Below are positions 37,138-46,449 of a stretch of 62,146 nt of DNA, piece by piece. Both the position numbers and the translations under genes were made by a program. The notes below the pieces were generated by a model. The model was not told the DNA's origin and did not search any database. It worked only from the letters and a program-made list of their open reading frames with translations. Each line of letters begins with the position of its first letter. Within the stretch, counting starts at the first letter, position 1. This DNA comes from a virus (Duplodnaviria; Caudoviricetes): the IMG/VR virus record IMGVR_UViG_3300021519_000009, positions 1 through 62,146 of that record. One strand, given 5' to 3'.

Positions 37138-40100
37138 ATGAGCAACCTCGTCTCTCATCGTCACATCTTCGTTGAAGACGGGGACTTCCGCCTGAAGCGT
37201 GCGCCTTCTTTCGTCATCCACGAATATTACGGGGGCGGGGGCAAGACTCAATCCACAACACAGAGTGTAACTATCCCGCCTGAGGTTCTCGCTCGTTACA
37301 ATAGCGTGAACGCGACCGCCGAACAGGCCGCCCAGATACCATTCCAGCAATACAGCTCGGACCCATCCGCATTTGTCGCGCCTGTTAATTCAACTCAGCA
37401 AGCCGGGATCGACAATACGAATGCAAATTCAGGCGCTGCACAGCCATATTATGGCGCAGCGACGCAACTGACGGCGGCGGGCGCTGGCCCGACGAATGTT
37501 GGCCAATTGAGCGGTCAAGACATCCAGCAATATATGAATCCATTTATCAATGATGTTGTAAATCCGACTGCGCAATTGCTCAATCAGCAGCAGCAAGCTC
37601 AGATGAGCGGACAAACCGGCAACGCAATCAAAAGCGGCGCATTCGGTGGCGACCGTGCAGGCATTGCGGCAGCCAACCTTGCAGGCCAACAGAGCTTGAG
37701 CTTTGCGAATGCGATCAATCCGCTTTATAGTCAGGCATACGACAAAGGCCTCGGGACTGCGCAACAGCAGCAAGGCTTCAATCTTGGTCAGCAGCAGGCC
37801 AATCTCGGGCGCTTGAGCCAAGCTGGCCAGCAGTTCGGCGCACTCGGCACAGGCGCGCAGACGGCAGCCCTGCAGGGCGCGCAGTCGCAGTTGGCGGCTG
37901 GTCAGGTAGCGCAGCAGACGGAGCAGGCTGGCAGGTCGGCGCTTTATAATCAGTTCTTGCAACAGCAAGGTTATCCGTTCCAGAGGGCGCAGTTTCTCGC
38001 CAACATCGCAGAAGGCACTGGCGCTCTGTCCGGCTCGACCACCACCACTACGCAGCCGCGAGGGCTTCTCGGCAATCGCGGCGGCCTGATGAGGGCGGCT
38101 GGCGGGTCTGTGGACGTCGAAAACGAGGGGCAGGGGTACTATGCTGGCGGCCTGTCGCATGGCGGCTATGCCGAAGGCGGCGCGCCCGGCCTGCAGATAT
38201 TTGGCATGCCCCACCAGCATAGCGTCAACCCCGGCTTGGCGGCAGCACTGTCGGCTGGTGTTGGCGGTGTGCGGAAATTGATGAGGCCGTCAATGGCGGT
38301 GCCAAAAGCCCCCGCGTCTGGCCTGTCGGAAGTCAGCAGCCTCGTGTCTGGCGGCAATGACCTAGCCAGCGGGCTGGGGAAGGCCGGCACGACCGCGCAG
38401 GGCCTGTGGAACAAAGTATCGCCCAGCCAAGCGCCGACAGAGTCTGCTCATGGCGGCCTCGTTGGCTACACAGGCGGAGGCGATATCGACCCGTACCATC
38501 CCGACGACAGGGACGGCTACATGGGGCCGACCATAAAGGCGCAGAGCGCAGCGCCCCGGCCGCAGCTGCTGCAGGCTGGTGCGGCCCCGCAGAAGCCCGA
38601 CAGCGCCATGAAGCAGATTCAAGGGGGCGTGGGCGCGGCGAAGAATATTTACGGGGCTGGCAAGGGGCTCTCGTCGTTGATCATGCCTGATGCTGCGGCA
38701 GGTGCGGCTGATGCCGCTGGCCTTGCGGGCGAAGGCTTTGGCGCTGCGGCGAGCGGCCTGCCCGAGTGGCTCATGGCGCTAGGCCTGCCTTTTGGCGTTC
38801 AGCGCGGCGGCAGCGTGCGGCAGGGGCTGGCTGCTGGGGGCATGCCGGAAGATTCCCCGCCTGAAGCTGACATGCCCGCCCTGGGGGCGGCGTACGCCAA
38901 CTATGAGAAGCCCCGCAACCCGACTTTCGCGGAAGTCGCGGCGATCGCGGCCGACGAAGCTAAAAGGCAGGGCCTCGACCCGCGTGTCGTCACCAATGTG
39001 ATTCGTGGCGAATACGGCAACGGAAGCAAGTACGTCGGTGACGATGGCTCTTCTGGCGGCCCGCTGCAGCTGCATTACGGGAATGCGTCCAGCAAATACC
39101 CGCACCCCGGTATTGGCGACGAGTTCACCAAGCAGACCGGCCTGGATGCTCGCGACCCATCGACTTATGAGGCGTCCACACGCTTTGGCGTCCAGCAGAT
39201 GGCCAAGCTGGGCCTGACGCCGTGGTTGAACACCATGAATAAGTTCGGCTACGCGCCCGACTCGGCGCACACTGGTCAGGGGGGCCTTGGCGCTATCTCT
39301 CGCGCGGCACCCGATCAGGTCGCGCAAAATGGTGCAGGGCCACAGCCCGGCCTCGGCGCTGGCGCATCCCGCAATATCGCACCAAAAAAGACGGGGCTTG
39401 TCGGCCTGTTCGAAGATAACAAGAATTGGCTCATCCCGCTGGCTCGAGGCCTCGGAGCCGCGCAGCAGAGCCACGCCATAGGCTTGGCGGGCACGCTGGC
39501 GGCGGGCATTGGCGGCGCTGGCAAGGCCTACGCCGAGCAGGAGCAGGAGCAGGCTGGTCTGGGGCAGACGGAGGCCAACACTGGCCTGGCGCAGGCTCAG
39601 ACCGCTGGAGCGATGCTAGATAACGCTCGCAAGGGCATCTTTATCGATGCGCAGAATAATGTTCGCTACATGCGGGCAGACGGCAAGGGCTGGATATCTG
39701 CACAAGAGTATAGAGCACTTCCCCCTGATCAGCGTCCGCCAATTATTGGGGGGCCTGCCGGGGCGGCAGCCGAAACTGTTAATCCGCGTGGGACAGCCGG
39801 ACCCCCGGCGTCAGTTGCGCCACCAAAGGTCACGCCAGTTGCGCCGGTTGTGGCTGAACCTAATACCGCGCCTGCTCCCGAGCCTATTTTGGCGAGCGGC
39901 CCCGCATTTGGCGCAGCATCTAAAGATGCGGCAGTTGCGGAAAATCAAGGCGGGACGCTTTATGGTGAAGACCTGAAGAACTCAGGCGATTATCAAAGAA
40001 ATGTGCTTACCGCTTCAAAAACATCTATCAATACCTCAAAATACACCCGCGAATTGGCGACTGCGTTGGCCGACATCAATACCGGAACCGGCATCAATGT

Positions 40101-40659
40101 CGCCGGAACACAAGCGGACGCTCGTGCGAGCCTTGTGAACGCGCTGAACACGATGGCGTCAGGGTTTGGGGCGAAAGATAAGGATGGGAATGCGATCAGG
40201 TTTGGTGATTTGGCTAAGGACACAAACATCATCAACAAGATCAATATCCTTCAGGGTGCGATGCAGGCGGCCGGTGGTGACCAGCGGTCTTTCTCGGCTC
40301 TGGACGCATTGAAGTCGGCCAACCCGAATGCGGAAATGGATCCAGCGGCGTCAGCTAAAATTGTGGCGCAGCTTATGACAGATCAGGTGCGAGCCAGAGA
40401 TCGCGAAAAACACATGTTTTTGTACAAAGATGCCAGTGGGAATAGTGGATACGTCCGAGCGCAAGGCGCGTTTGCGGCGGATAATCCGCAAGAAAAGTAT
40501 GACACGCTGCAAGCAGGATTGGAGCAGCTTATCTCCAAGTCCCCAAAATCGTATGTCGACATGACGTCTAGAAAATATACGTATGACCAGATCAGAAACA
40601 AGCTGAAGGAGGGCGGCTACCCTCCCCGGATTGCAGACATTATCACCGGAAAGATCTGA
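37138..40659 (+). CDS. DNA ejection / pilot protein with lysozyme-like domain
   Basis: Gln-rich YMNPF..GAFGGDR region; IRGE..GDDGSSGGPLQL..PW at about 38950-39230. Confidence 0.75.
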   Translation: MSNLVSHRHIFVEDGDFRLKRAPSFVIHEYYGGGGKTQSTTQSVTIPPEVLARYNSVNATAEQAAQIPFQQYSSDPSAFVAPVNSTQQAGIDNTNANSGAAQPYYGAATQLTAAGAGPTNVGQLSGQDIQQYMNPFINDVVNPTAQLLNQQQQAQMSGQTGNAIKSGAFGGDRAGIAAANLAGQQSLSFANAINPLYSQAYDKGLGTAQQQQGFNLGQQQANLGRLSQAGQQFGALGTGAQTAALQGAQSQLAAGQVAQQTEQAGRSALYNQFLQQQGYPFQRAQFLANIAEGTGALSGSTTTTTQPRGLLGNRGGLMRAAGGSVDVENEGQGYYAGGLSHGGYAEGGAPGLQIFGMPHQHSVNPGLAAALSAGVGGVRKLMRPSMAVPKAPASGLSEVSSLVSGGNDLASGLGKAGTTAQGLWNKVSPSQAPTESAHGGLVGYTGGGDIDPYHPDDRDGYMGPTIKAQSAAPRPQLLQAGAAPQKPDSAMKQIQGGVGAAKNIYGAGKGLSSLIMPDAAAGAADAAGLAGEGFGAAASGLPEWLMALGLPFGVQRGGSVRQGLAAGGMPEDSPPEADMPALGAAYANYEKPRNPTFAEVAAIAADEAKRQGLDPRVVTNVIRGEYGNGSKYVGDDGSSGGPLQLHYGNASSKYPHPGIGDEFTKQTGLDARDPSTYEASTRFGVQQMAKLGLTPWLNTMNKFGYAPDSAHTGQGGLGAISRAAPDQVAQNGAGPQPGLGAGASRNIAPKKTGLVGLFEDNKNWLIPLARGLGAAQQSHAIGLAGTLAAGIGGAGKAYAEQEQEQAGLGQTEANTGLAQAQTAGAMLDNARKGIFIDAQNNVRYMRADGKGWISAQEYRALPPDQRPPIIGGPAGAAAETVNPRGTAGPPASVAPPKVTPVAPVVAEPNTAPAPEPILASGPAFGAASKDAAVAENQGGTLYGEDLKNSGDYQRNVLTASKTSINTSKYTRELATALADINTGTGINVAGTQADARASLVNALNTMASGFGAKDKDGNAIRFGDLAKDTNIINKINILQGAMQAAGGDQRSFSALDALKSANPNAEMDPAASAKIVAQLMTDQVRARDREKHMFLYKDASGNSGYVRAQGAFAADNPQEKYDTLQAGLEQLISKSPKSYVDMTSRKYTYDQIRNKLKEGGYPPRIADIITGKI

Positions 40660-40660
40660 C

Positions 40661-43048
40661 ATGGCCGCCTTCTCGGACTTCAAACCATTCCAAGCGGAGA
40701 AGCCAGCGCAGGAAGACCAGTCGGGATTCAGCGATCTCAAGCCTTTCTCGACGGCGCAGCCTAATGCTGAAGAACAACCTGCGAAGGTGTCGGCCCAACA
40801 GGTGGAGGATCAGAACAGGGCTGCAGCGGCGACCAAGGATGAGGCTGAACGCTTCTCGTGGGCTGGTTCGGCCGCACCGTATTTGCGTTCATTCCACGCA
40901 GCCGATCCTGCAGCGCATATCCCCCTCGCATCCTGGGCGGCAACCCAGGCTGCCCATGCCACCGCCGCCGGCATGGGCATTGGTTCAGGCGACACCTTCT
41001 CCAAACGATATGAGTCGCTATCCAAGCAAGGGGCCGCTGAACGTGCCGCCACGGAGGCCGCGCACCCAGTCGCATCTATAGTCGGAGATTTGGCGACTAT
41101 TCCACTTCTTCCAGCATTCGGCGCGTCCAAGCTTGGTCCTCTTGCCGCGTCTCTTATAGAAAAGACCCCAATAGGGTCTGGTTTTGCATCCCGCGCCGCA
41201 AAGGTTGTGGGAGACGTTGCAGGCGTCGGCGGCGTTGGCGCGATCTATTCCGGCGCGAAGAGCGCCGAGCAAGGCGACACCTGGGGTGAGCACCTCCAGA
41301 ATGCTCTGCAAGGAGCCAAGGAGGGCGCGACGCAGACCGTGCCTATCGGGGGCGTTAACGTCCCGGTGGCCGTCCTCCCGTCCGCGCTTGGTGCTGTCGC
41401 GTCAAAGGCCGCGTCTTATATCCCCGGCCTGAAGCAATTGGTGTCGCGCGACCCAGCCGAGCGTGCCGTGAGCGCCGCGCTTCTCGATGATGCGGCCACC
41501 AAAGGCAATCTGGCCAATCGCGGTCTACCTACAAAGGCGGCTGGGATGTCTGACGCTGACATCGCGGCGGCGCAGGCGGCTAATCAGCCCGTCATGTTAG
41601 CAGACACTGGCGGAGAGCACACACGTACATTGGCACGATCCGTCGCTAACGTGTCCCCTGAGGCCAAGGCGATCTTGGCTGGTCCGGCGATGGATCGATC
41701 AGCCACTCAAGCTGACAGGTTTTCAGATTTCATCACGTCCAAGTACGGGGCGAACGCAGACGCTGGCGTCGTCCGCAGCGGATTGGAAATGCAGGCGCGC
41801 CAGCAGAATGGCCCCGCATACAAGAACCTGTATACACTGCCGCATGCGCAATCCGTGTGGGATCCGAAGTTGTCAGGTCTGCTCGATACGCCGGCCATGC
41901 AGAGCGCCATAGGCGATGCGGAAAAACTGGGGAAGAACGTGGCGGGCGCTGCTGGCCGCCCTGCGCCGGTTAACCCGTTTGTCCAAGATATAAACGGCAA
42001 TTGGGTGCCGGGTCCGAAGGGTCCGCCTACCCTCGAGTTCTGGGACAACGTCAAGCAATCGCTGGACGATAAAGTCGACACCGCTTTTAGAACAGGCTCA
42101 GGGAAGCAGGGGAACGCTATCAAGGGGGTACGCGACACGCTGCGCGACACGCTCGACACGGCCGTCCCTGAGTACAAGAATGTCAGACAGGGGGCCGCCG
42201 CCTTCTTCAATGCGCAAGATGCGCACGAGGCTGGCGTCAATTTCCTGAAAAACATGAACTCGTATGATTTTTCAAAAGCAAAGACTGCCTTGGCAGCGAT
42301 GAATCCTGCGGAGAAAAATCTTTTTTCCATGGGCATGGCCAGTACACTGGTTAACACTGCATCGAAGACCGGCGATAGCGCCAGCCTGATCAGGAAGTTC
42401 GCCACGCCGCAGATCCGGCAGAAGATGGAACTCGGGCTTGGGGCCAGCACTGCGCGCGATGTCGAGATGTACCTCGCGCGCGAAGCCATGATGGACCACG
42501 TCAAAACAGCGGTTATGGGGGGCTCAAATACGACTGCGCAGTTGGCCGCAAATGCCGGCTTGTCCGGCTTGATTGGCGCAGGCGTTGGAACGTCAGTGTA
42601 TCAGAACTGGGATGCTATTAAAAACGACCCAGCTACTGCTGCAAAATATCTAGGGTCTGCTGTCATAACCAGTCTGTTGGTGCATTCAAAACATGCCACA
42701 GACGCACGTCTTGCGCCGAAGATTGCGGAACTTCTCACATCGGACGCACCTGGTGCGTTGCAGCGACTATCAAACGCTGCCAAGAATGAACGCATTCGTA
42801 CATGGATACGCGACGCCATGTATAAAACGGCAGCTCGCTCAGACGTGCGACAACCAGACACCCGCCAACCCCACGCAGCCGGCGGCTCCGTCAAGCCGAA
42901 GCTCACGCACGAGCAGCTCGTACAGCGTTTGATCCGGCTGTCAGAGCAGGCAAAGAAGGCTGGCCAGCAGGTGACCAAGCCGCTCCTGAACGCGCCTGAT
43001 GACGCCATTACGCATGCGCTGAAGATCGCGGAGGCGAAGGCGGGTTAA
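40661..43048 (+). CDS. Large Ala-rich ejection protein
   Basis: Helical; PTLEFWDNVKQ, GGSNTTAQL; C-terminal HAAGGSV. Confidence 0.7.
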   Translation: MAAFSDFKPFQAEKPAQEDQSGFSDLKPFSTAQPNAEEQPAKVSAQQVEDQNRAAAATKDEAERFSWAGSAAPYLRSFHAADPAAHIPLASWAATQAAHATAAGMGIGSGDTFSKRYESLSKQGAAERAATEAAHPVASIVGDLATIPLLPAFGASKLGPLAASLIEKTPIGSGFASRAAKVVGDVAGVGGVGAIYSGAKSAEQGDTWGEHLQNALQGAKEGATQTVPIGGVNVPVAVLPSALGAVASKAASYIPGLKQLVSRDPAERAVSAALLDDAATKGNLANRGLPTKAAGMSDADIAAAQAANQPVMLADTGGEHTRTLARSVANVSPEAKAILAGPAMDRSATQADRFSDFITSKYGANADAGVVRSGLEMQARQQNGPAYKNLYTLPHAQSVWDPKLSGLLDTPAMQSAIGDAEKLGKNVAGAAGRPAPVNPFVQDINGNWVPGPKGPPTLEFWDNVKQSLDDKVDTAFRTGSGKQGNAIKGVRDTLRDTLDTAVPEYKNVRQGAAAFFNAQDAHEAGVNFLKNMNSYDFSKAKTALAAMNPAEKNLFSMGMASTLVNTASKTGDSASLIRKFATPQIRQKMELGLGASTARDVEMYLAREAMMDHVKTAVMGGSNTTAQLAANAGLSGLIGAGVGTSVYQNWDAIKNDPATAAKYLGSAVITSLLVHSKHATDARLAPKIAELLTSDAPGALQRLSNAAKNERIRTWIRDAMYKTAARSDVRQPDTRQPHAAGGSVKPKLTHEQLVQRLIRLSEQAKKAGQQVTKPLLNAPDDAITHALKIAEAKAG

Positions 43049-43218
43049 GGTTCGTTGTGTTCCCGCACAATCTGCTCAGGAGTGCGCGGCATCCGCTGCC
43101 AATCCTCAATCCCATGATCATCTGGGCGCTTGCTTAAATATACAAAGATCGCCCAAAGGATCCCGAACCCGAACGATGCGGCGAAGAAGTATGCGACGGC
43201 CATCTGGAAGTTCGTCAT
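43045..43218 (-). CDS. Small membrane protein
   Basis: One TM segment; ATGA overlap with gcrA. Confidence 0.55.
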   Translation of the reverse strand: MTNFQMAVAYFFAASFGFGILWAIFVYLSKRPDDHGIEDWQRMPRTPEQIVREHNEP

Positions 43219-43778
43219 GACGCTTTGCTCCATGAACGGGGTTCGAAGTTAAACATGCGGTGATGATGCGGGCAATAAGACGAACCCGTCTTGCGTGTTG
43301 CGTTGCAAAATAACTGAACGCCTGCTCGCTTCTGGACGGGGGCCCGGCATTCCTTGACGTCGATGATGTTAGCGGGTTTCGCTGATTCTGGCCCTGCCAG
43401 TGTGTAGTCTGGCTGCTTCCACTCATGCAGCGACGGAATGTCGATCGGCTCGGGTCGCGTATCAAAGCGGTCTGAGGCAATATTCAGGCCCGTAATGCGG
43501 CCCCTCGTGCTTTTGGGCGGCAACTTCTTTGCAAGCAGCCGATCGATCGTCGGCGTCTTTGGCATTGTCGGCGCTTTAGGCCCGCGCGGCACGTTCTTGG
43601 TCATGACAGGCGGCCCCTCCCATGCATTGCCGGCGTTTTTCCTTTGTCGGTGAATGATCCCGATGATGGCGTTGCGGGACAGGCCGACGTCTGCGCCGAT
43701 GATTGATGATGACAGCCTTTCACGGTGCAGGAGCAGAACTCGGTCAATGATGTGCTGTGGGTGCTTGGCTTGTGCCAT
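43215..43778 (-). CDS. gcrA: GcrA cell-cycle regulator homologue
   Basis: SSSIIG...SRNAIIGIIHR; CRAP..FC...GSSYCPHH. Confidence 0.85.
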   Translation of the reverse strand: MAQAKHPQHIIDRVLLLHRERLSSSIIGADVGLSRNAIIGIIHRQRKNAGNAWEGPPVMTKNVPRGPKAPTMPKTPTIDRLLAKKLPPKSTRGRITGLNIASDRFDTRPEPIDIPSLHEWKQPDYTLAGPESAKPANIIDVKECRAPVQKRAGVQLFCNATRKTGSSYCPHHHRMFNFEPRSWSKAS

Positions 43779-43811
43779 TTTATGTTTCCTGTTTGAGAGG
43801 CCTCCGTTGTG

Positions 43812-44063
43812 TTAATCTTCGTCTTCGTCTTCGTCTTCGTCTTCGTCGCTATCTTCCGGCTGCTCGACCTCTATCCAATCGCCTTTGTCGTCCCTGAGGC
43901 CTTGGCGAATTTCCCGTTCCATTTCGGCTTTCTTTTTGGCGGAGCGTCGGGCCTGCGTAATCGGGTCGGCTTCGTCGCGCTCAATTTCCGCAATTCGTTC
44001 CTTGTCGTATTCGGCCATTATGTCGTCGAGCGTCATGTTGTGGGCGAGTTCGTTCTTGGTCAT
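43812..44063 (-). CDS. Small protein with poly-(ED) tail
   Basis: EDSDEDEDEDEDED encoded by (GACGAA)n; GGAG RBS. Confidence 0.7.
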   Translation of the reverse strand: MTKNELAHNMTLDDIMAEYDKERIAEIERDEADPITQARRSAKKKAEMEREIRQGLRDDKGDWIEVEQPEDSDEDEDEDEDED

Positions 44064-44185
44064 AGCCGTGCTCCGTTTTGATTTCCAGACCATACGCCCA
44101 TTGAGTCAAAAAGGTCAACAAGAATTGTCAAAAACCCATAACAATTTTGTTGCCGGGGTTCTCGTCACCTGCTAGAACTCTGCTG

Positions 44186-44821
44186 ATGAAACGAAAGACC
44201 GATCCTGTTGAGCCGCCCGAAAAGCCATTCCCGGTCGGGTATGCGCGCGTCTCGACGCGGGATCAAAACCTCGATTTGCAGAAGGACGCGCTCAAGGCGT
44301 TCGGCGTGCTGCCGGACAATCTGCACATCGAGAAGCTGTCCGCGACGGCGAAGAAGCGCCCAATGCTCGATGAAGCGATCAAGCAACTTCGCCCCGGTGA
44401 CGTGTTCGTGGTCTGGCGTCTGGACCGACTGGCTCGCAACATGCGTGAGCTTTACACGCGGCTCGAACAAATCTCCGCGAACGGTGCGAGCTTTCGCAGC
44501 CTGACGGAAAACTTCGATTTCACAACGGCAACCGGCAGGCTGATCTTGGGGTTTCTCGGCCTGATGGCAGAGTTCGAGCGCCAGCTAACGGTTGAACGGA
44601 CGAAAGCCGGTATCACAGCGGCGCGGGCGCGCGGCTCACGCTTTGGTGCCAAACCCAAATTCACTGACGAGATTAAGGCCGAAGCGTTCCGGCTGCTCAC
44701 GGATGAAGGCTGGACCGCCCCGGAGGTCGCCGCGAAGTTCAACGTCAAAGTTGGCACGGTCTACAACCATTTCAGATTCACGCATGACGAAGACGGTGAC
44801 ACCTTCGTCGAGTTCAAATAG
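44186..44821 (+). CDS. Small serine recombinase (resolvase/invertase)
   Basis: GYARVST, Q..AL, GDVFVVWRLDRLAR, AEFER, ERTKAG, FGAKP, C-terminal HTH. Confidence 0.93.
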   Translation: MKRKTDPVEPPEKPFPVGYARVSTRDQNLDLQKDALKAFGVLPDNLHIEKLSATAKKRPMLDEAIKQLRPGDVFVVWRLDRLARNMRELYTRLEQISANGASFRSLTENFDFTTATGRLILGFLGLMAEFERQLTVERTKAGITAARARGSRFGAKPKFTDEIKAEAFRLLTDEGWTAPEVAAKFNVKVGTVYNHFRFTHDEDGDTFVEFK

Positions 44822-44833
44822 GGAGCAAAGCCG

Positions 44834-45175
44834 ATGATGAGGACCGTTATAGCCAGCGATCAATCAACTCCGGCAGCGCCGGAAGGTTACAAACTGGCTT
44901 TCGCATCGAACGCGGGACTTCCTGCGGGGCAGGCGCGCTACACGTTCCTGCCGGAGAGTGCGTTCGTTAAGGAGGGGACCGTCGCGTGGCGGGTCAGGGG
45001 ACTCATGCAGAACGACATCGACGGCGTACTCGAAGACATTGTTGAGTCCGCAATGGATTTGGTCGCGTTGTGGAAGGCGCAAAAGATTGCAGGCTTGCCG
45101 CGATCTGAACGGAATGCCGCGATAGAAGAAACTCGAAATCGTCTCATTGCGGCGTGCGATAACTTTCAACTTTGA
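44834..45175 (+). CDS. Hypothetical protein
   Basis: GGAG RBS; downstream of resolvase. Confidence 0.6.
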   Translation: MMRTVIASDQSTPAAPEGYKLAFASNAGLPAGQARYTFLPESAFVKEGTVAWRVRGLMQNDIDGVLEDIVESAMDLVALWKAQKIAGLPRSERNAAIEETRNRLIAACDNFQL

Positions 45176-45184
45176 GGAGCGCCC

Positions 45185-45448
45185 ATGCAGGATGAATCTG
45201 GCCTTCTGGCGGCGCATCGCATTCTTGGGAAGCAGATGACTGAGGCGATGAAGGGGTTCGCTGACGAGGATGTGCGAGTCGCGTTGGCGGCAGTCGCAGC
45301 CGAAGTCCTGTGGTCATTCTCCGATCCAGCGTCTCGGCCGCGCGAGCTTCGGGCTTTTGATCGTCGCGTGCGCGAGAATATGCGGAGGCTCGCCGACATA
45401 GCGGCGTCGATCGGACTACCTGATGTTTACAATCCGAGAACACGATAG
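45185..45448 (+). CDS. Hypothetical protein
   Basis: GAGGAG RBS. Confidence 0.6.
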   Translation: MQDESGLLAAHRILGKQMTEAMKGFADEDVRVALAAVAAEVLWSFSDPASRPRELRAFDRRVRENMRRLADIAASIGLPDVYNPRTR

Positions 45449-45516
45449 GAGCCGCCGCCGACGCCATCAAAGTCGCGTTGGCGCGCCAGGCCTGATCGAA
45501 ATCGCCCGCCCACGTC

Positions 45517-45576
45517 CTTCCCATAGCTTCCCATAGCTTCCCATAGATTCCCATAACAAGGCCAACCCTATGGGAA
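45517..45576. repeat. 10-bp tandem repeats plus an inverted copy
   Basis: (CTTCCCATAG)x3, ATTCCCATAA, then CTATGGGAA at 45568. Confidence 0.85.
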
Positions 45577-45791
45577 AGGCCCTCCGGCACTCTCCGATCA
45601 TCGAACGCGATGACCGAGCCGTCATGCCAAAGCACCCCATCCCAATCCACGACTACCGCCGCGTTATACAAACGCAACTGGCGGACGCCGAATGGTCAGG
45701 CGATGACAGTTCCGCCGAAGCCTTGCGCAAAGAAATGGCCCGCGTTGAGCGAGCCATAGCGTCGGGCGAGATGTGGGACGTTCCGTTCTGA
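45570..45791 (+). CDS. Hypothetical protein
   Basis: LADAEWSGD...GEMWDVPF; true start may be 45624. Confidence 0.5.
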   Translation: MGKALRHSPIIERDDRAVMPKHPIPIHDYRRVIQTQLADAEWSGDDSSAEALRKEMARVERAIASGEMWDVPF

Positions 45792-46385
45792 TCACCAATA
45801 ATGCAGTGTGCCGATCCAGTTCGGGATTTTCGCATTTGCGGCCATGCGGATATATTGTTGGCGGTAACGCTCTGCCTTGCGCACTAGATTTCGCTTAAAT
45901 GGACTCCCAGAAACATGACAGCTTGACATCTGAGCGTCAGTCTTAGCCCCAAGCTTCACACATCGCTCCATGTGGCGCAAGCCAGCCTCGATCTGTGCGG
46001 AGCAGGACGAGTTTAGTTCCCACGCGCTGATACCCAAGCTCTCGGCACTCGGCACAAGTACTTGCATAGGCCCCACTGCGCGTCCGTGGCGGGTCTTTGG
46101 GCCCTTGGCGTTGCATGTATAGCCTGATTCAATCTTACCAATCCTGAGTGCGCTGGCGACCCACTGGTCACCCAGCTTGGATCGAGCTCCATCTGCGATC
46201 TGCTGCGCTACAGCCGCTTTGCTGGCATTGAGAGTCCCATAGGGCTGTGGGGACGTCTGTGCGACAGAGACATTATGCCTCTCGCGGTTCCAGTACGAGG
46301 CATTCCCCTCATCATCAAATGCGACGGATGAGAGCGACGAGGCGATGATGGCGGAAATGGTCGAGGCGATGATGGCGCGTTTCAT
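45792..46385 (-). CDS. Secreted lytic transglycosylase (SLT-like)
   Basis: Signal peptide; IESGY, AVGPMQV, QIEAGLRH. Confidence 0.8.
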   Translation of the reverse strand: MKRAIIASTISAIIASSLSSVAFDDEGNASYWNRERHNVSVAQTSPQPYGTLNASKAAVAQQIADGARSKLGDQWVASALRIGKIESGYTCNAKGPKTRHGRAVGPMQVLVPSAESLGISAWELNSSCSAQIEAGLRHMERCVKLGAKTDAQMSSCHVSGSPFKRNLVRKAERYRQQYIRMAANAKIPNWIGTLHYW

Positions 46386-46449
46386 TCTGTGCTCCTGTGT
46401 GGATGGGCTTGCGGGCCTGCGTAGGTCATTCTCCTTAGAGGGGTGAGGA

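Noticed and set aside
44186-44821. Integrase or tail-fibre invertase
   Set aside because: Too short for a large serine integrase; far from fibre genes, and no invertible cassette seen
45517-45556. Possible CRISPR array
   Set aside because: 10-bp tandem units without spacers; no cas genes
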